DNA of 32,000 bases from Trichlorobacter lovleyi SZ (GCF_000020385.1 NC_010814.1:2130001-2162000); one strand, 5' to 3'; shown: positions 12,234-22,576, counted from the stretch's first letter. Notes: generated by a model not told the origin, from the letters alone. Translations and numbers: made by a program.

Positions 12234-13364
12234 CTAGAATTCAGACAGCTTGCTCAGCTTGGTGCCGGGATAGTAGTATGACAGTATCTCGGTATAGCTG
12301 AAACCATCAAGGGCACGCTGCTTGGCTCCATATTGGCATAATCCCACACCATGACCATAACCGGAACCACTGAAATAAGCGGTTCCTCCTTCAACCCTGA
12401 CTGAAAAGTTGGTGCTTCTGATTACTGTTGAGCCGACCGCCATCCTGAATTTAGTGGCAAGGATCGTGATAGTTCCACGTTCTGTTTCCAGCTGCACCGT
12501 CTTCAGACGTCCACGGTTGTTACGCGGGCCGGCCTTGATGTCGGTCAGACCGTACACCTTTTGGGCCTTCAGTGATGACTCAATTTTGGATAAGGGCACG
12601 CTCTGTTCCCAGCTGCTGGTCGTTGAGGTCAGGCCGTACTGACATTCAACACCCTTCAGATACGGAAGGGCCACTCCCCAGACATTTTCTGACGACTCGG
12701 TGCGGCCACCACTGTTGGCATGATAAAAAGCCTGGATAACCGTACCGTTATACGTCAACACCTCACCTTCTGTCTCAATAACGCCGCGTACAGCCCGGCT
12801 ATCTTCCTCATCACTACCTTCGTAGGCCTGATCCATTACCGTAGATTCAAGGTGGTAAAAGGCTCTGCTGCGTTCCTTGCGCTTTGCCACAGCATAGGTA
12901 CGTGCAATTACAGCCTGGGTCTTGATTGATTCCATTGGCCAGGTTGAGGAGATCTCACTTGTAATAACGCCAATCAGATACTGTTCAAGCGGCAGTTCAT
13001 TTATCACCAGTATCTTACCATTGTTCTGGAGCGACAACTCAATCTGACCACGGTACGATTTACCGTTAACCCGCATCAGACCGCCTGCAGCAAGCCGCAC
13101 CAGCTGACTTGAGCTGTTTCCGGCGAGTATCCTGCCCCGTTCACTCCTCACAGCAACAGGGAGGTCAAGCACGATGGGCTTACCGCCGGCATCAGTCGCT
13201 AGTACGCCATCGCCGTCAATGGTCACGGAATCAGCACCCTTGATAATAGCAACTCTGATCAACCCGCTTGACTGAGATGGTTCTTTGGCGCTGGCTATTT
13301 CTACAGAAAAAGCGACAGGCAGCAGACAACCTATGGTTATGATGAGAAGATATAAATATTTCAT
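12234..13364 (-). CDS. SpoIID/LytB-domain protein (secreted, peptidoglycan-associated)
   Basis: SpoIID motifs YHANSGGRTE and GHGVGLCQYGA. The start is trimmed to the ATG at 13362-13364 (MKYLYLLIITIGCLLPVAFSVEIASA, a signal peptide). The upstream 95 codons of the ORF-track call are the antisense reading of the dppD-like Walker A region. Confidence 0.85.
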   Translation of the reverse strand: MKYLYLLIITIGCLLPVAFSVEIASAKEPSQSSGLIRVAIIKGADSVTIDGDGVLATDAGGKPIVLDLPVAVRSERGRILAGNSSSQLVRLAAGGLMRVNGKSYRGQIELSLQNNGKILVINELPLEQYLIGVITSEISSTWPMESIKTQAVIARTYAVAKRKERSRAFYHLESTVMDQAYEGSDEEDSRAVRGVIETEGEVLTYNGTVIQAFYHANSGGRTESSENVWGVALPYLKGVECQYGLTSTTSSWEQSVPLSKIESSLKAQKVYGLTDIKAGPRNNRGRLKTVQLETERGTITILATKFRMAVGSTVIRSTNFSVRVEGGTAYFSGSGYGHGVGLCQYGAKQRALDGFSYTEILSYYYPGTKLSKLSEF

Positions 13365-13407
13365 GAATAAATCCAGAGGGGTCAGATAGAACCATAAAGC
13401 ATGATTA

Positions 13408-13457
13408 CTGTCAAACAGTTTCCCTGCACCGCCCCCCCCTGTTTCGAGGTTTGACAG
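13408..13457. promoter_or_regulatory. Inverted repeat flanking a C8 tract in the divergent spoIID-like / dppD-like promoter region
   Basis: CTGTCAAAC (13408-13416) pairs perfectly with GTTTGACAG (13449-13457). The inner CAAACAG/CTGTTTC is partly complementary as well. A C8 homopolymer lies at 13432-13439 between the arms. Confidence 0.4.
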
Positions 13458-13488
13458 AGACGGTTGCAGCAAGGTAAACTGCGTCACT

Positions 13489-14445
13489 ATGGCACTACTT
13501 GAAATCAGCGACCTGATAACAATCCTACCGACCCAGCACGGTTCTGTCCATGCCGTGAATGGTGCCAGTCTCAGTCTTGAGCGGGGCCAGACCGTGGCAC
13601 TGGTGGGAGAATCAGGCTCCGGCAAGAGCATGACCGCCCGCTCTATCATGGGGTTGATCCCTGCTTCCGGCAGAATCAGTCATGGTTCCATCCGGCTGGA
13701 CGGCCGTGAACTGCTGGAACTGCCGGAGGAGGAGTTACGGCTTTTACGCGGCAACAGGATTGCCATGATCTTTCAGGAGCCGATGACCTCCCTGAACCCT
13801 GTCCTGCGTATCGGCGATCAGTTAATGGAGCCGCTTCTGCTACACCGCGCCATGGATACAGAGACCGCCAGGCAGCACGCAATCGAGCTGTTGCATCAGG
13901 TTGGTATCCCCAGCCCTGAACTGCGGATCAAGGATTACCCGCACCAGCTTTCCGGAGGGATGCGTCAGCGGGTCATGATCGCCATGGCCCTGGCCTGTTC
14001 GCCCGATGTCCTGATTGCCGACGAGCCGACCACCGCCCTTGATGTTACCATTCAGGCCCAGATTCTTGAACTGATTGACCAGTTGCGCCAGGACAAAGGA
14101 TTGGCATTGCTGCTGATTACCCATGACCTGGGTATTGTGGCTGAACGGGCCGACCGGGTACATGTCATGTATGCCGGACGGATTGTCGAATCTGCTCAAA
14201 CCGCAGACCTTTTGACGCAGCCGTTGCACCCCTATACCCGGGGGCTGCTGGCCTCCCTGCCGGAAAATGCCGAACCGGGCAGGCCGCTCAAGACCATTGC
14301 CGGCCATCCTCCCGACATGACCACCGAGATTACCGGCTGTCCTTTCAACCCCCGCTGCCCGGATGCCAGGGATTGCTGCACAGTCATGCCAGAGCAACGT
14401 GACATGGGTTTGTCTCACCTGGTACGCTGCTGGAACTACCTATGA
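13489..14445 (+). CDS. Oligopeptide/dipeptide-type ABC transporter ATP-binding protein (DppD/OppD-like)
   Basis: 318 aa with Walker A GESGSGKS, signature LSGGMRQR, Walker B LIADEPTTALD, and the C-terminal oligopeptide-ATPase extension HPYTRGLL...CPFNPRCP. Confidence 0.9.
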   Translation: MALLEISDLITILPTQHGSVHAVNGASLSLERGQTVALVGESGSGKSMTARSIMGLIPASGRISHGSIRLDGRELLELPEEELRLLRGNRIAMIFQEPMTSLNPVLRIGDQLMEPLLLHRAMDTETARQHAIELLHQVGIPSPELRIKDYPHQLSGGMRQRVMIAMALACSPDVLIADEPTTALDVTIQAQILELIDQLRQDKGLALLLITHDLGIVAERADRVHVMYAGRIVESAQTADLLTQPLHPYTRGLLASLPENAEPGRPLKTIAGHPPDMTTEITGCPFNPRCPDARDCCTVMPEQRDMGLSHLVRCWNYL

Positions 14446-15431
14446 GCCGCTCTATCCTGGCAGCAGATAGGGTGAGCAAGAGTTTTGATCTGAAAGGATC
14501 AGGGCTTAGCGCGGGGAATAAACTACGGCTCAAGGCGGTGGATACCGTTTCTCTGAACCTTACAGCCGGAGAAACCCTTGGCATAGCCGGGGAATCCGGC
14601 TGTGGCAAGTCAACCCTTGCCAAACTGATCACCGGGCTGTTGCAACCGGATAGTGGCGTGGTCAGCTTTCAGGGCAACGATATCAGACAGCTTGCTGCGC
14701 CGGATACCCGGCAGTTCCGTCGTTCTGTCCAGATGGTATTTCAGGACCCGTTCTCATCCCTGAACCCCCGTATGCGGATCGGTGATACCATTGCTGAACC
14801 GCTCCTGATCCATAAGCTGTGCGATGTGGACCGTATCCGCGAAACCAGCGTCAACCTGATGGAGCAGGTTGGCCTGTCCGGTGACCAGTACGACCGTTTC
14901 CCCCACGAATTTTCAGGGGGTCAGCGTCAAAGGATCGGCATTGCCCGTGCACTGGCTGCCAGACCTGCCGTGCTGATTGCCGACGAACCGGTATCGTCAC
15001 TTGATATTTCCATCCAGGCCCAGATCATCAATCTGTTGCAGGATCTTAAACAGCAACATGGTCTGAGCCTGCTGATGGTCAGCCATGATCTCGGCGTGCT
15101 GCGCCATATCTGTGACCGGATAGCGGTTATGTATCTGGGGGCTGTGGTTGAGCTGGCACCGGCCAGTGAGCTGTTTACCCATTGCCGTCATCCCTACAGC
15201 CAGGCCCTGCTGGCTGCAATCCCCAGCATTCACAAGAACTCCGGAATATCCTGCCGGCCATTGCGTTCCCATGACGTACCGTCTGCTGCCAATCTGCCGG
15301 AGGGGTGCCGTTTCCACCCCCGTTGTCCCTATGCTGAAGAGATCTGCAGAAAGGAAAGCCCCATGTTGCAGGAGCAGCGTCCAGGACACCTTGCAGCCTG
15401 TCATCTCAGCGACAGGATATTCACAGAGTAG
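14442..15431 (+). CDS. Oligopeptide/dipeptide-type ABC transporter ATP-binding protein (DppF/OppF-like)
   Basis: 329 aa with GESGCGKS, FSGGQRQR, LIADEPVSSLD and HPYSQALL...CRFHPRCPYA. ATGA overlap with the preceding gene. Confidence 0.9.
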   Translation: MSRSILAADRVSKSFDLKGSGLSAGNKLRLKAVDTVSLNLTAGETLGIAGESGCGKSTLAKLITGLLQPDSGVVSFQGNDIRQLAAPDTRQFRRSVQMVFQDPFSSLNPRMRIGDTIAEPLLIHKLCDVDRIRETSVNLMEQVGLSGDQYDRFPHEFSGGQRQRIGIARALAARPAVLIADEPVSSLDISIQAQIINLLQDLKQQHGLSLLMVSHDLGVLRHICDRIAVMYLGAVVELAPASELFTHCRHPYSQALLAAIPSIHKNSGISCRPLRSHDVPSAANLPEGCRFHPRCPYAEEICRKESPMLQEQRPGHLAACHLSDRIFTE

Positions 15432-15518
15432 AGTAAACTTGATTTGGTATGTGCAGGCTTGGGTGCTGTATGGCTTTTTGAAGCGGGTCAGGCCGGATTA
15501 AGCCCCTAGCCATAATGG

Positions 15519-15887
15519 CTAGAAGACAAAATGCAGTTTGACGCTTAAACCGTTGATTGGCGGCACTTCCTGGTTCGATGCCATGTTGATGCGCGGCACT
15601 TCCTGCTGTGTATGCGGATCTTCCGGTGGACAGTACGCAAACACCATCTGTACGGAGCCATATTTCACCACCAGATCCCCGTTTTCATTCAGCCTCACGG
15701 TTGCGGCTGTTTTCTGTCTGTTCGGGGGAGTCTGTTGCCAGGAGACAGCACTACCTGTGTCATCTTTAAAGAAGACCAGAAGCGATTCAGCACAGACTGT
15801 TTGAGGGACAAGGACGGCAATAAGAGCAGCTACGGCAACAAGACGTTGAAAGGTTACGATGCATAACAACCTGCGACAAGCTGCCAT
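15519..15887 (-). CDS. Small secreted hypothetical protein (122 aa) with an OMP-like C-terminal aromatic motif
   Basis: ATG at 15885-15887, 6 nt after GAAGGGGG. Signal peptide MAACRRLLCIVTFQRLVAVAALIAVLVPQTVCA/ES. The C-terminus LSVKLHFVF alternates hydrophobic residues and ends in Phe. No recognisable family. The ORF-track start (15941) would place the terminator-region hairpin inside the coding sequence. Confidence 0.55.
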   Translation of the reverse strand: MAACRRLLCIVTFQRLVAVAALIAVLVPQTVCAESLLVFFKDDTGSAVSWQQTPPNRQKTAATVRLNENGDLVVKYGSVQMVFAYCPPEDPHTQQEVPRINMASNQEVPPINGLSVKLHFVF

Positions 15888-15939
15888 TGGGAGCCCCCTT
15901 CGGGCATCTGCTGCCCGGTGCCGTTGAAAGTCCCGGCAC

Positions 15940-15987
15940 AAAAAACCGGGACGCGTACGTATCTTGGCAGATATTTCGGCGACCCGG
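15940..15987 (-). terminator. Intrinsic terminator acting as the riboswitch expression platform
   Basis: On the minus strand, CCGGGUCGC (15987-15979) pairs with GCGUCCCGG (15954-15946) in 8 of 9 positions. An inner 5-bp stem UAUCU/AGAUA carries a GCCA loop. U6 follows immediately (15945-15940). The 5' arm is part of the conserved 3' strand of the upstream aptamer. Confidence 0.6.
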
Positions 15988-16050
15988 CTGTCTCAGAGAG
16001 ATCCTGTAGGCTTTCCGTCCCATCCTCGCGAATGGTTTAGTATTATCGTG
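15968..16050 (-). promoter_or_regulatory. GEMM-I-like (c-di-GMP-I / cGAMP class) riboswitch aptamer
   Basis: The minus-strand RNA reads CACGAUAAUACUAAACCAUUCGCGAGGAUGGGACGGAAAGCCUACAGGAUCUCUCUGAGACAGCCGGGUCGCCGAAAUAUCUG. It contains AAACC, a 6-bp helix CCAUUC/GGAUGG capped by the GNRA loop GCGA, GGGACGGAAAGCC, and the 3' element AGCCGGGUCGCCGA. These match the conserved core of GEMM-I as I recall it from the V. cholerae Vc2 aptamer. This is a by-eye call, not a covariance-model score. Confidence 0.65.
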
Positions 16051-16340
16051 TATCCATGGTATGTAGCTTTATAATCCAGCATAAAGCGTGCCCAGTCTGA
16101 TATTTTTTTCAGCAACCCGCCCAATCGGCCGTTTTGAGGAACTGAATCAGTATACCGTCATGGGCAAGCAGCTCGCCTTGTGGCGCTTTTTGTTTTTATT
16201 GAGTGACATTTTTTTGCAGTTTTTTCGTAATTTCCAGCAACCAACATGGATCGCTTGACCAGAGTGTGGGAAACTGCAGAATAATTCAAAACAACCTACG
16301 GCTTTCAAAACAGCCGGCTCCGAAACAAAGAAAGCACACT

Positions 16341-17479
16341 ATGAACTTTACTCTCTTAAAAAAAGACACTCACTCAGCCGCCCGGCTCGGCATCCTCCAG
16401 ACCAGCCATGGCGAAATCCAGACTCCGATCTTCATGCCGGTGGCCACCCATGGAGCCATGAAGCCGCTGACCCCGGCCCAGATCCATGAAACCGGGGCAC
16501 AGATCATCCTCTCCAACACCTACCATCTGCACCTGCAGCCCGGTGAAGGACTGGTCAAAAAGGCTGGTGGACTACACAGATTCATGGCCTGGGAAAAACC
16601 GATCCTGACCGATTCAGGCGGGTTCCAGGTCTTTTCACTGCCCAAGAAGCGGATTACTGAAGATGGCGTCTTTTTCAAACATGAGCTGACCGGCGAAGAG
16701 ATCTACCTTGATCCGGCCAAGGCGATCGGTATCCAGCAGGAGCTGGGCTCAGACATTATGATGGCCTTTGATGAATGCATCCCCTACCCCTGCGACAAGG
16801 CCTATGCCGAGCAGTCCACTAAAAAGACGATCCGCTGGCTGAAGGAGTGTCAGAAAGCCTGGACCAACCGTGAGACCCAGGCCCTGTTCGGCATTGTCCA
16901 GGGCAGCGTGTATGAAGACCTGCGGATCATGTGCGCCAAAGAGATGCGCAAGCTGGACCTGCCCGGCTATGCCATCGGCGGGGTCAGCGTGGGCGAAGGC
17001 CTGGAACTGCTCAAAAAGGTGGTGGGCTGGACCGCCCCGCACCTGCCGGAGGACAAGCCACGCTACCTGATGGGAGTCGGCCTGCCTGAAGATATTCTGG
17101 AAAGTGTTGAGCGGGGTATGGATATGTTTGACTGCGTGATCCCGACCCGCTACGCCCGCAGTGCCACCCTGTTTACCCGGCGCGGCAAGATCAGGGTCAC
17201 CAACAAAAACTACAAACGGGATTTTTTCCCGGTTGACCCCTCCTGCAGCTGCTACACCTGCCAGAACTTCAGCCGGGCCTATCTGCACCACCTGTTTGCT
17301 GCCAACGAGGTGCTTTCGGCAGTACTGTCCGCCATCCACAACGTCACCTTCTACCTGCAAATGATGGCAGAGATCCGTCAAGCCATTGCAGACAACCGCT
17401 TTATGGCCTATAAACAGGCCTTTCTGGCTGAATACCTGGCCTCAGAAAAACAGCCCCAAGGACCAAAGAAACACACAAA

Positions 17480-17483
<4 letters not shown>
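16341..17483 (+). CDS. tgt: Second full-length tRNA-guanine transglycosylase paralog
   Basis: 380 aa from the ATG at 16341; the ORF-track GTG at 16203 adds a non-homologous extension. Motifs: [47 protein letters not shown] and the zinc site CSCYTCQNFSRAYLHHL. Confidence 0.9.
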
Positions 17484-19739
<2,256 letters not shown>

Positions 19740-19765
19740 TCTTGAAGCACCAGTTGAGAGTATTC

Positions 19766-19797
19766 AAAGGACGGGGATATCCCCGTCCTTTGTTTTT
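19766..19797 (+). terminator. Rho-independent terminator after eno
   Basis: AAAGGACGGGG-atat-CCCCGTCCTTT is a perfect 11-bp stem (19766-19791). It is followed by GTTTTT. Confidence 0.75.
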
Positions 19798-19870
19798 GGA
19801 GCTGCTGATCTGGATTTTCAGGCAGCCTGTGGTATAGGTACAGCATCATCCACCTGAAGGAGCAGATCTG

Positions 19871-21388
19871 ATGCCCACAAACACCTGGAACCGCTTTCAG
19901 CAACATCTCTGCCACTGCCCCGAGATCGGCCTCTGGCTTGATATCAGCCGGATGAAATTTGATGACGAGTTCCTGAGCCGGATGGAACCGTCCATGCAGC
20001 AGGCCTTTGATGCCATGCTTGCCCTTGAACAGGGAATCATCGCCAACCCGGATGAAGGGCGTATGGTTGGTCATTATTGGCTACGTAGCCCTGCCCTTGC
20101 ACCCACACCGGAAATCCGTCAGCAGATTGAGTCCACCGTTGACCGGATTGAGTCTTTTACCGCTGACATCCACACCGGCAGGATTTCTGCTCCGGGTAAT
20201 AAAACCTTTTCCAAGCTTCTGATAATCGGTATAGGCGGATCTGCGCTGGGTCCCCAGTTTGTGGCGGATGCCCTGGGCAGCAGCACCGATAAGATGACGC
20301 CCTATTTTCTGGACAACACTGACCCGGACGGCATGGACCGGGTCTTCAGCCAGATCGGCGATCTCTCTGACTGTCTGGTGATTGTAATTTCCAAAAGCGG
20401 TTCCACCAAAGAGACCCGCAACGGCATGTTAGAGGCCCAGGCAGCCTGGCAACGGTCCGGACTGGATTTCAGCAAACAGGCCGTTGCCATTACCGGTGAT
20501 GGCAGCGAACTGGACAAGCTGGCCCTGGCAGAAGACTGGATCACCCGTTTTCCGATGTGGGACTGGGTCGGCGGCCGCACCTCGGTCACCTCGGCTGTCG
20601 GGCTTGTGCCTGCTGCCCTGCAGGGGCTGGATATCCGGGCACTGCTGAAAGGCGCCCAGGTCTGCGACCAGATCACCCGAAGCAGGATTACCACTTTTAA
20701 CCCGGCGGCCCTGATGGCCTTGATGTGGCACCACGCCACGGATGGCTGCGGAAACAAAGATATGGTGATGCTGCCGTACAAGGACCGCCTGCTACTCTTC
20801 TCCCGCTATCTGCAGCAACTGATCATGGAATCCATCGGCAAGGAGCTGGACCTGAACGGCAAACCGGTTTGCCAGGGGTTAACGGTCTACGGCAACAAAG
20901 GCTCCACTGACCAGCATGCCTATGTGCAGCAGTTGCGGGAAGGGGTGCACAACTTCTTTGTAACCTTCATCGAGGTGTTGCAGGACCGCCAGGGCAGCTC
21001 CATGCAGGTTGAGGAAGGAGTGACCAGCGGCGACTTTCTGTTCGGCTTCCTGTACGGCACCAGACAGGCCCTGTCTGAGAAGGGGCGCGAGTCCCTGACC
21101 ATCACGGTTGAGCAGATTGATACTGCCACCATCGGCGCCCTGATCGCCCTGTTTGAACGAACTGTCGGTCTGTATGCCTCACTGGTCAACATCAATGCCT
21201 ACCACCAGCCGGGTGTAGAAGCAGGCAAAAAAGCTGCCGGAGCTGTAATCACGCTCCAGAAAAAGGTGCAGGCATTTTTGGCTGCAAATGCGGATGAAAC
21301 CTCACCTGAGAAGATTGCCAACGCGATCGGTGCAACGGAACAGATAGAAACCGTGTACGCCATTCTGCGGCGTCTGCAGCACCGTTAA
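19871..21388 (+). CDS. pgi: Glucose-6-phosphate isomerase
   Basis: 505 aa with PGI motifs GIGGSALGP and [10 protein letters not shown], and a C-terminal region [24 protein letters not shown] lies 8 nt upstream of the ATG. Confidence 0.9.
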   Translation: MPTNTWNRFQQHLCHCPEIGLWLDISRMKFDDEFLSRMEPSMQQAFDAMLALEQGIIANPDEGRMVGHYWLRSPALAPTPEIRQQIESTVDRIESFTADIHTGRISAPGNKTFSKLLIIGIGGSALGPQFVADALGSSTDKMTPYFLDNTDPDGMDRVFSQIGDLSDCLVIVISKSGSTKETRNGMLEAQAAWQRSGLDFSKQAVAITGDGSELDKLALAEDWITRFPMWDWVGGRTSVTSAVGLVPAALQGLDIRALLKGAQVCDQITRSRITTFNPAALMALMWHHATDGCGNKDMVMLPYKDRLLLFSRYLQQLIMESIGKELDLNGKPVCQGLTVYGNKGSTDQHAYVQQLREGVHNFFVTFIEVLQDRQGSSMQVEEGVTSGDFLFGFLYGTRQALSEKGRESLTITVEQIDTATIGALIALFERTVGLYASLVNINAYHQPGVEAGKKAAGAVITLQKKVQAFLAANADETSPEKIANAIGATEQIETVYAILRRLQHR

Positions 21389-21408
21389 CCCAACCATAGC
21401 TATTTACA

Positions 21409-21456
21409 GACAAAGGCTCAAGCGCCAGAAAACATCCTGCCGATTGAGCCTTTGTC
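21409..21456. terminator. Long perfect hairpin between the convergent pgi and ABC ATPase genes (possible bidirectional terminator or RNA-stability element)
   Basis: GACAAAGGCTCAA (21409-21421) pairs perfectly with TTGAGCCTTTGTC (21444-21456): 13 bp with a 22-nt loop. There is no clear T-run on either strand. Confidence 0.4.
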
Positions 21457-21484
21457 ATATTGTGCCATTACCCCGTAACAGGAT

Positions 21485-22576
21485 TCAACTTCTCTTCAAC
21501 AACACCGTCACCCTGTTTATTTCTTCACAGCGCTGGTAGTCGATCTGCTGTGCCAGGTGGGTGATGATATTCAGCCCCAGCTCATCGGGCAGGCGGTCTT
21601 TATCCAGCAGGTTGACCGCCTCTCCCCGGTTCTCCAGAATGATCTCCAGGCTCTCCTTCTTTTCAGAATAGGCGATGGTCAGGTCAAGGGCGGTTGTGGC
21701 CAGCAGCGGGGTATGGATCTGCAGCAGTTCTTCCACCAGCAGCAGCAGGTTGTGCCGGGTCTTTCTGGGCAGGATCTGCCGTTCGCAGAAGATCTCGATC
21801 TCCGCATTCATGGCGTACAGGTCATAGTCAGTTGAGCTGATGCAGTAGTTGAAGCTGCGGATCCGGTTGATAAAGGCCCTGGTCTTTTCCTTCTGAGGGT
21901 TTTCAAAGATCTGCTGCGGGGTGCCTTCTTCATAGATCAGGCCTTCGTCCATGTAGAGCACCCGGCTGGAGACATCACGGGCAAAGTCCATCTCATGGGT
22001 GACGATCAGCATGGTCATGCCGTCCTTGGCCAGTCTGCGGATGACCGCCAGTACCTCGCTGACCATGGTGGGGTCAAGGGCCGAGGTCGGTTCGTCAAAC
22101 AGGATGATCTCCGGGTTCATGGCCAGGCAGCGGGCAATGGCCACCCGCTGTTTCTGACCACCGGACAGTTCATCGGGGAAGCTGTCGGCCTTTTCAGCCA
22201 GCCCCACCAGTTTGAGGATCTCCAGGGCCTTCTGTTCTGCTTCCTGTTTGTTGATCCCCAGCAGCCTGACCGGACCGATGGTCAGGTTTTCCTGGACGGT
22301 CAGGTGGGAGAAGAGGTTGAAGGATTGAAAGACCATGTTCATCCGCTGCCGGATCCTGGGGATGTCGCTCTTTTTGTCCAGCAGGTCGATCCCGTCTACG
22401 GCGATTGATCCGCCGCTGGGTTGTTCCAGCAGGTTGAGACAGCGCAGGAAGGTGGATTTGCCGGTGCCGGACGGTCCGATGATGGAGATGACTTCTCCCT
22501 TGGCAACGCTGAGGGAGATGTCTTTCAGTACGGTGACCTCACCGTAGGTCTTTGAGAGGTGTGCTACCCTGATCAT
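21485..22576 (-). CDS. Polar-amino-acid-type ABC transporter ATP-binding protein with an extra C-terminal domain of about 120 aa
   Basis: 363 aa. Residues 1-240 form a GlnQ/ArtP-like ATPase ([38 protein letters not shown]). Residues 241-363 are additional. ATGA overlap with the upstream permease gene (22573-22576). Confidence 0.9.
   Translation of the reverse strand: MIRVAHLSKTYGEVTVLKDISLSVAKGEVISIIGPSGTGKSTFLRCLNLLEQPSGGSIAVDGIDLLDKKSDIPRIRQRMNMVFQSFNLFSHLTVQENLTIGPVRLLGINKQEAEQKALEILKLVGLAEKADSFPDELSGGQKQRVAIARCLAMNPEIILFDEPTSALDPTMVSEVLAVIRRLAKDGMTMLIVTHEMDFARDVSSRVLYMDEGLIYEEGTPQQIFENPQKEKTRAFINRIRSFNYCISSTDYDLYAMNAEIEIFCERQILPRKTRHNLLLLVEELLQIHTPLLATTALDLTIAYSEKKESLEIILENRGEAVNLLDKDRLPDELGLNIITHLAQQIDYQRCEEINRVTVLLKRS

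Noticed and set aside
13365-13649. N-terminal 95 codons of the 471-aa SpoIID ORF call
   Set aside because: LLPEPDSPTSAT is the antisense reading of the dppD-like Walker A (GESGSGKS). A proper signal peptide begins at the internal ATG 13364.
13840-15404. Minus-strand ORFs (192, 82 and 135 aa) within the two dpp-type ATPase genes
   Set aside because: They are antisense to genes with complete Walker A, signature and Walker B motifs and have no motifs of their own.
15930-15952. Hairpin GTCCCGG-N9-CCGGGAC read as an independent terminator or anti-terminator
   Set aside because: Its 3' arm lies downstream of the U6 tract, so it cannot compete kinetically with the terminator. On the minus strand it is followed by only three U. 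It is more likely incidental or a post-read-through structure.
16203-16340. GTG-initiated 46-codon extension of the tgt paralog, and likewise the 18129-18443 extension of eno
   Set aside because: Homology to Tgt and enolase begins exactly at the internal ATGs (16341 and 18444), and eno has a GAGGAGG SD there. The eno extension overlaps the preceding gene.
16100-16340. preQ1 riboswitch upstream of the second tgt
   Set aside because: I could not find the short preQ1-I hairpin with its CCC and A-rich tail signature, or any preQ1-II/III-like element, on the plus strand.
16749-17381. 210-aa minus-strand ORF inside the tgt paralog
   Set aside because: Antisense shadow ORF, Gly/Ala/Val-rich with no motifs.
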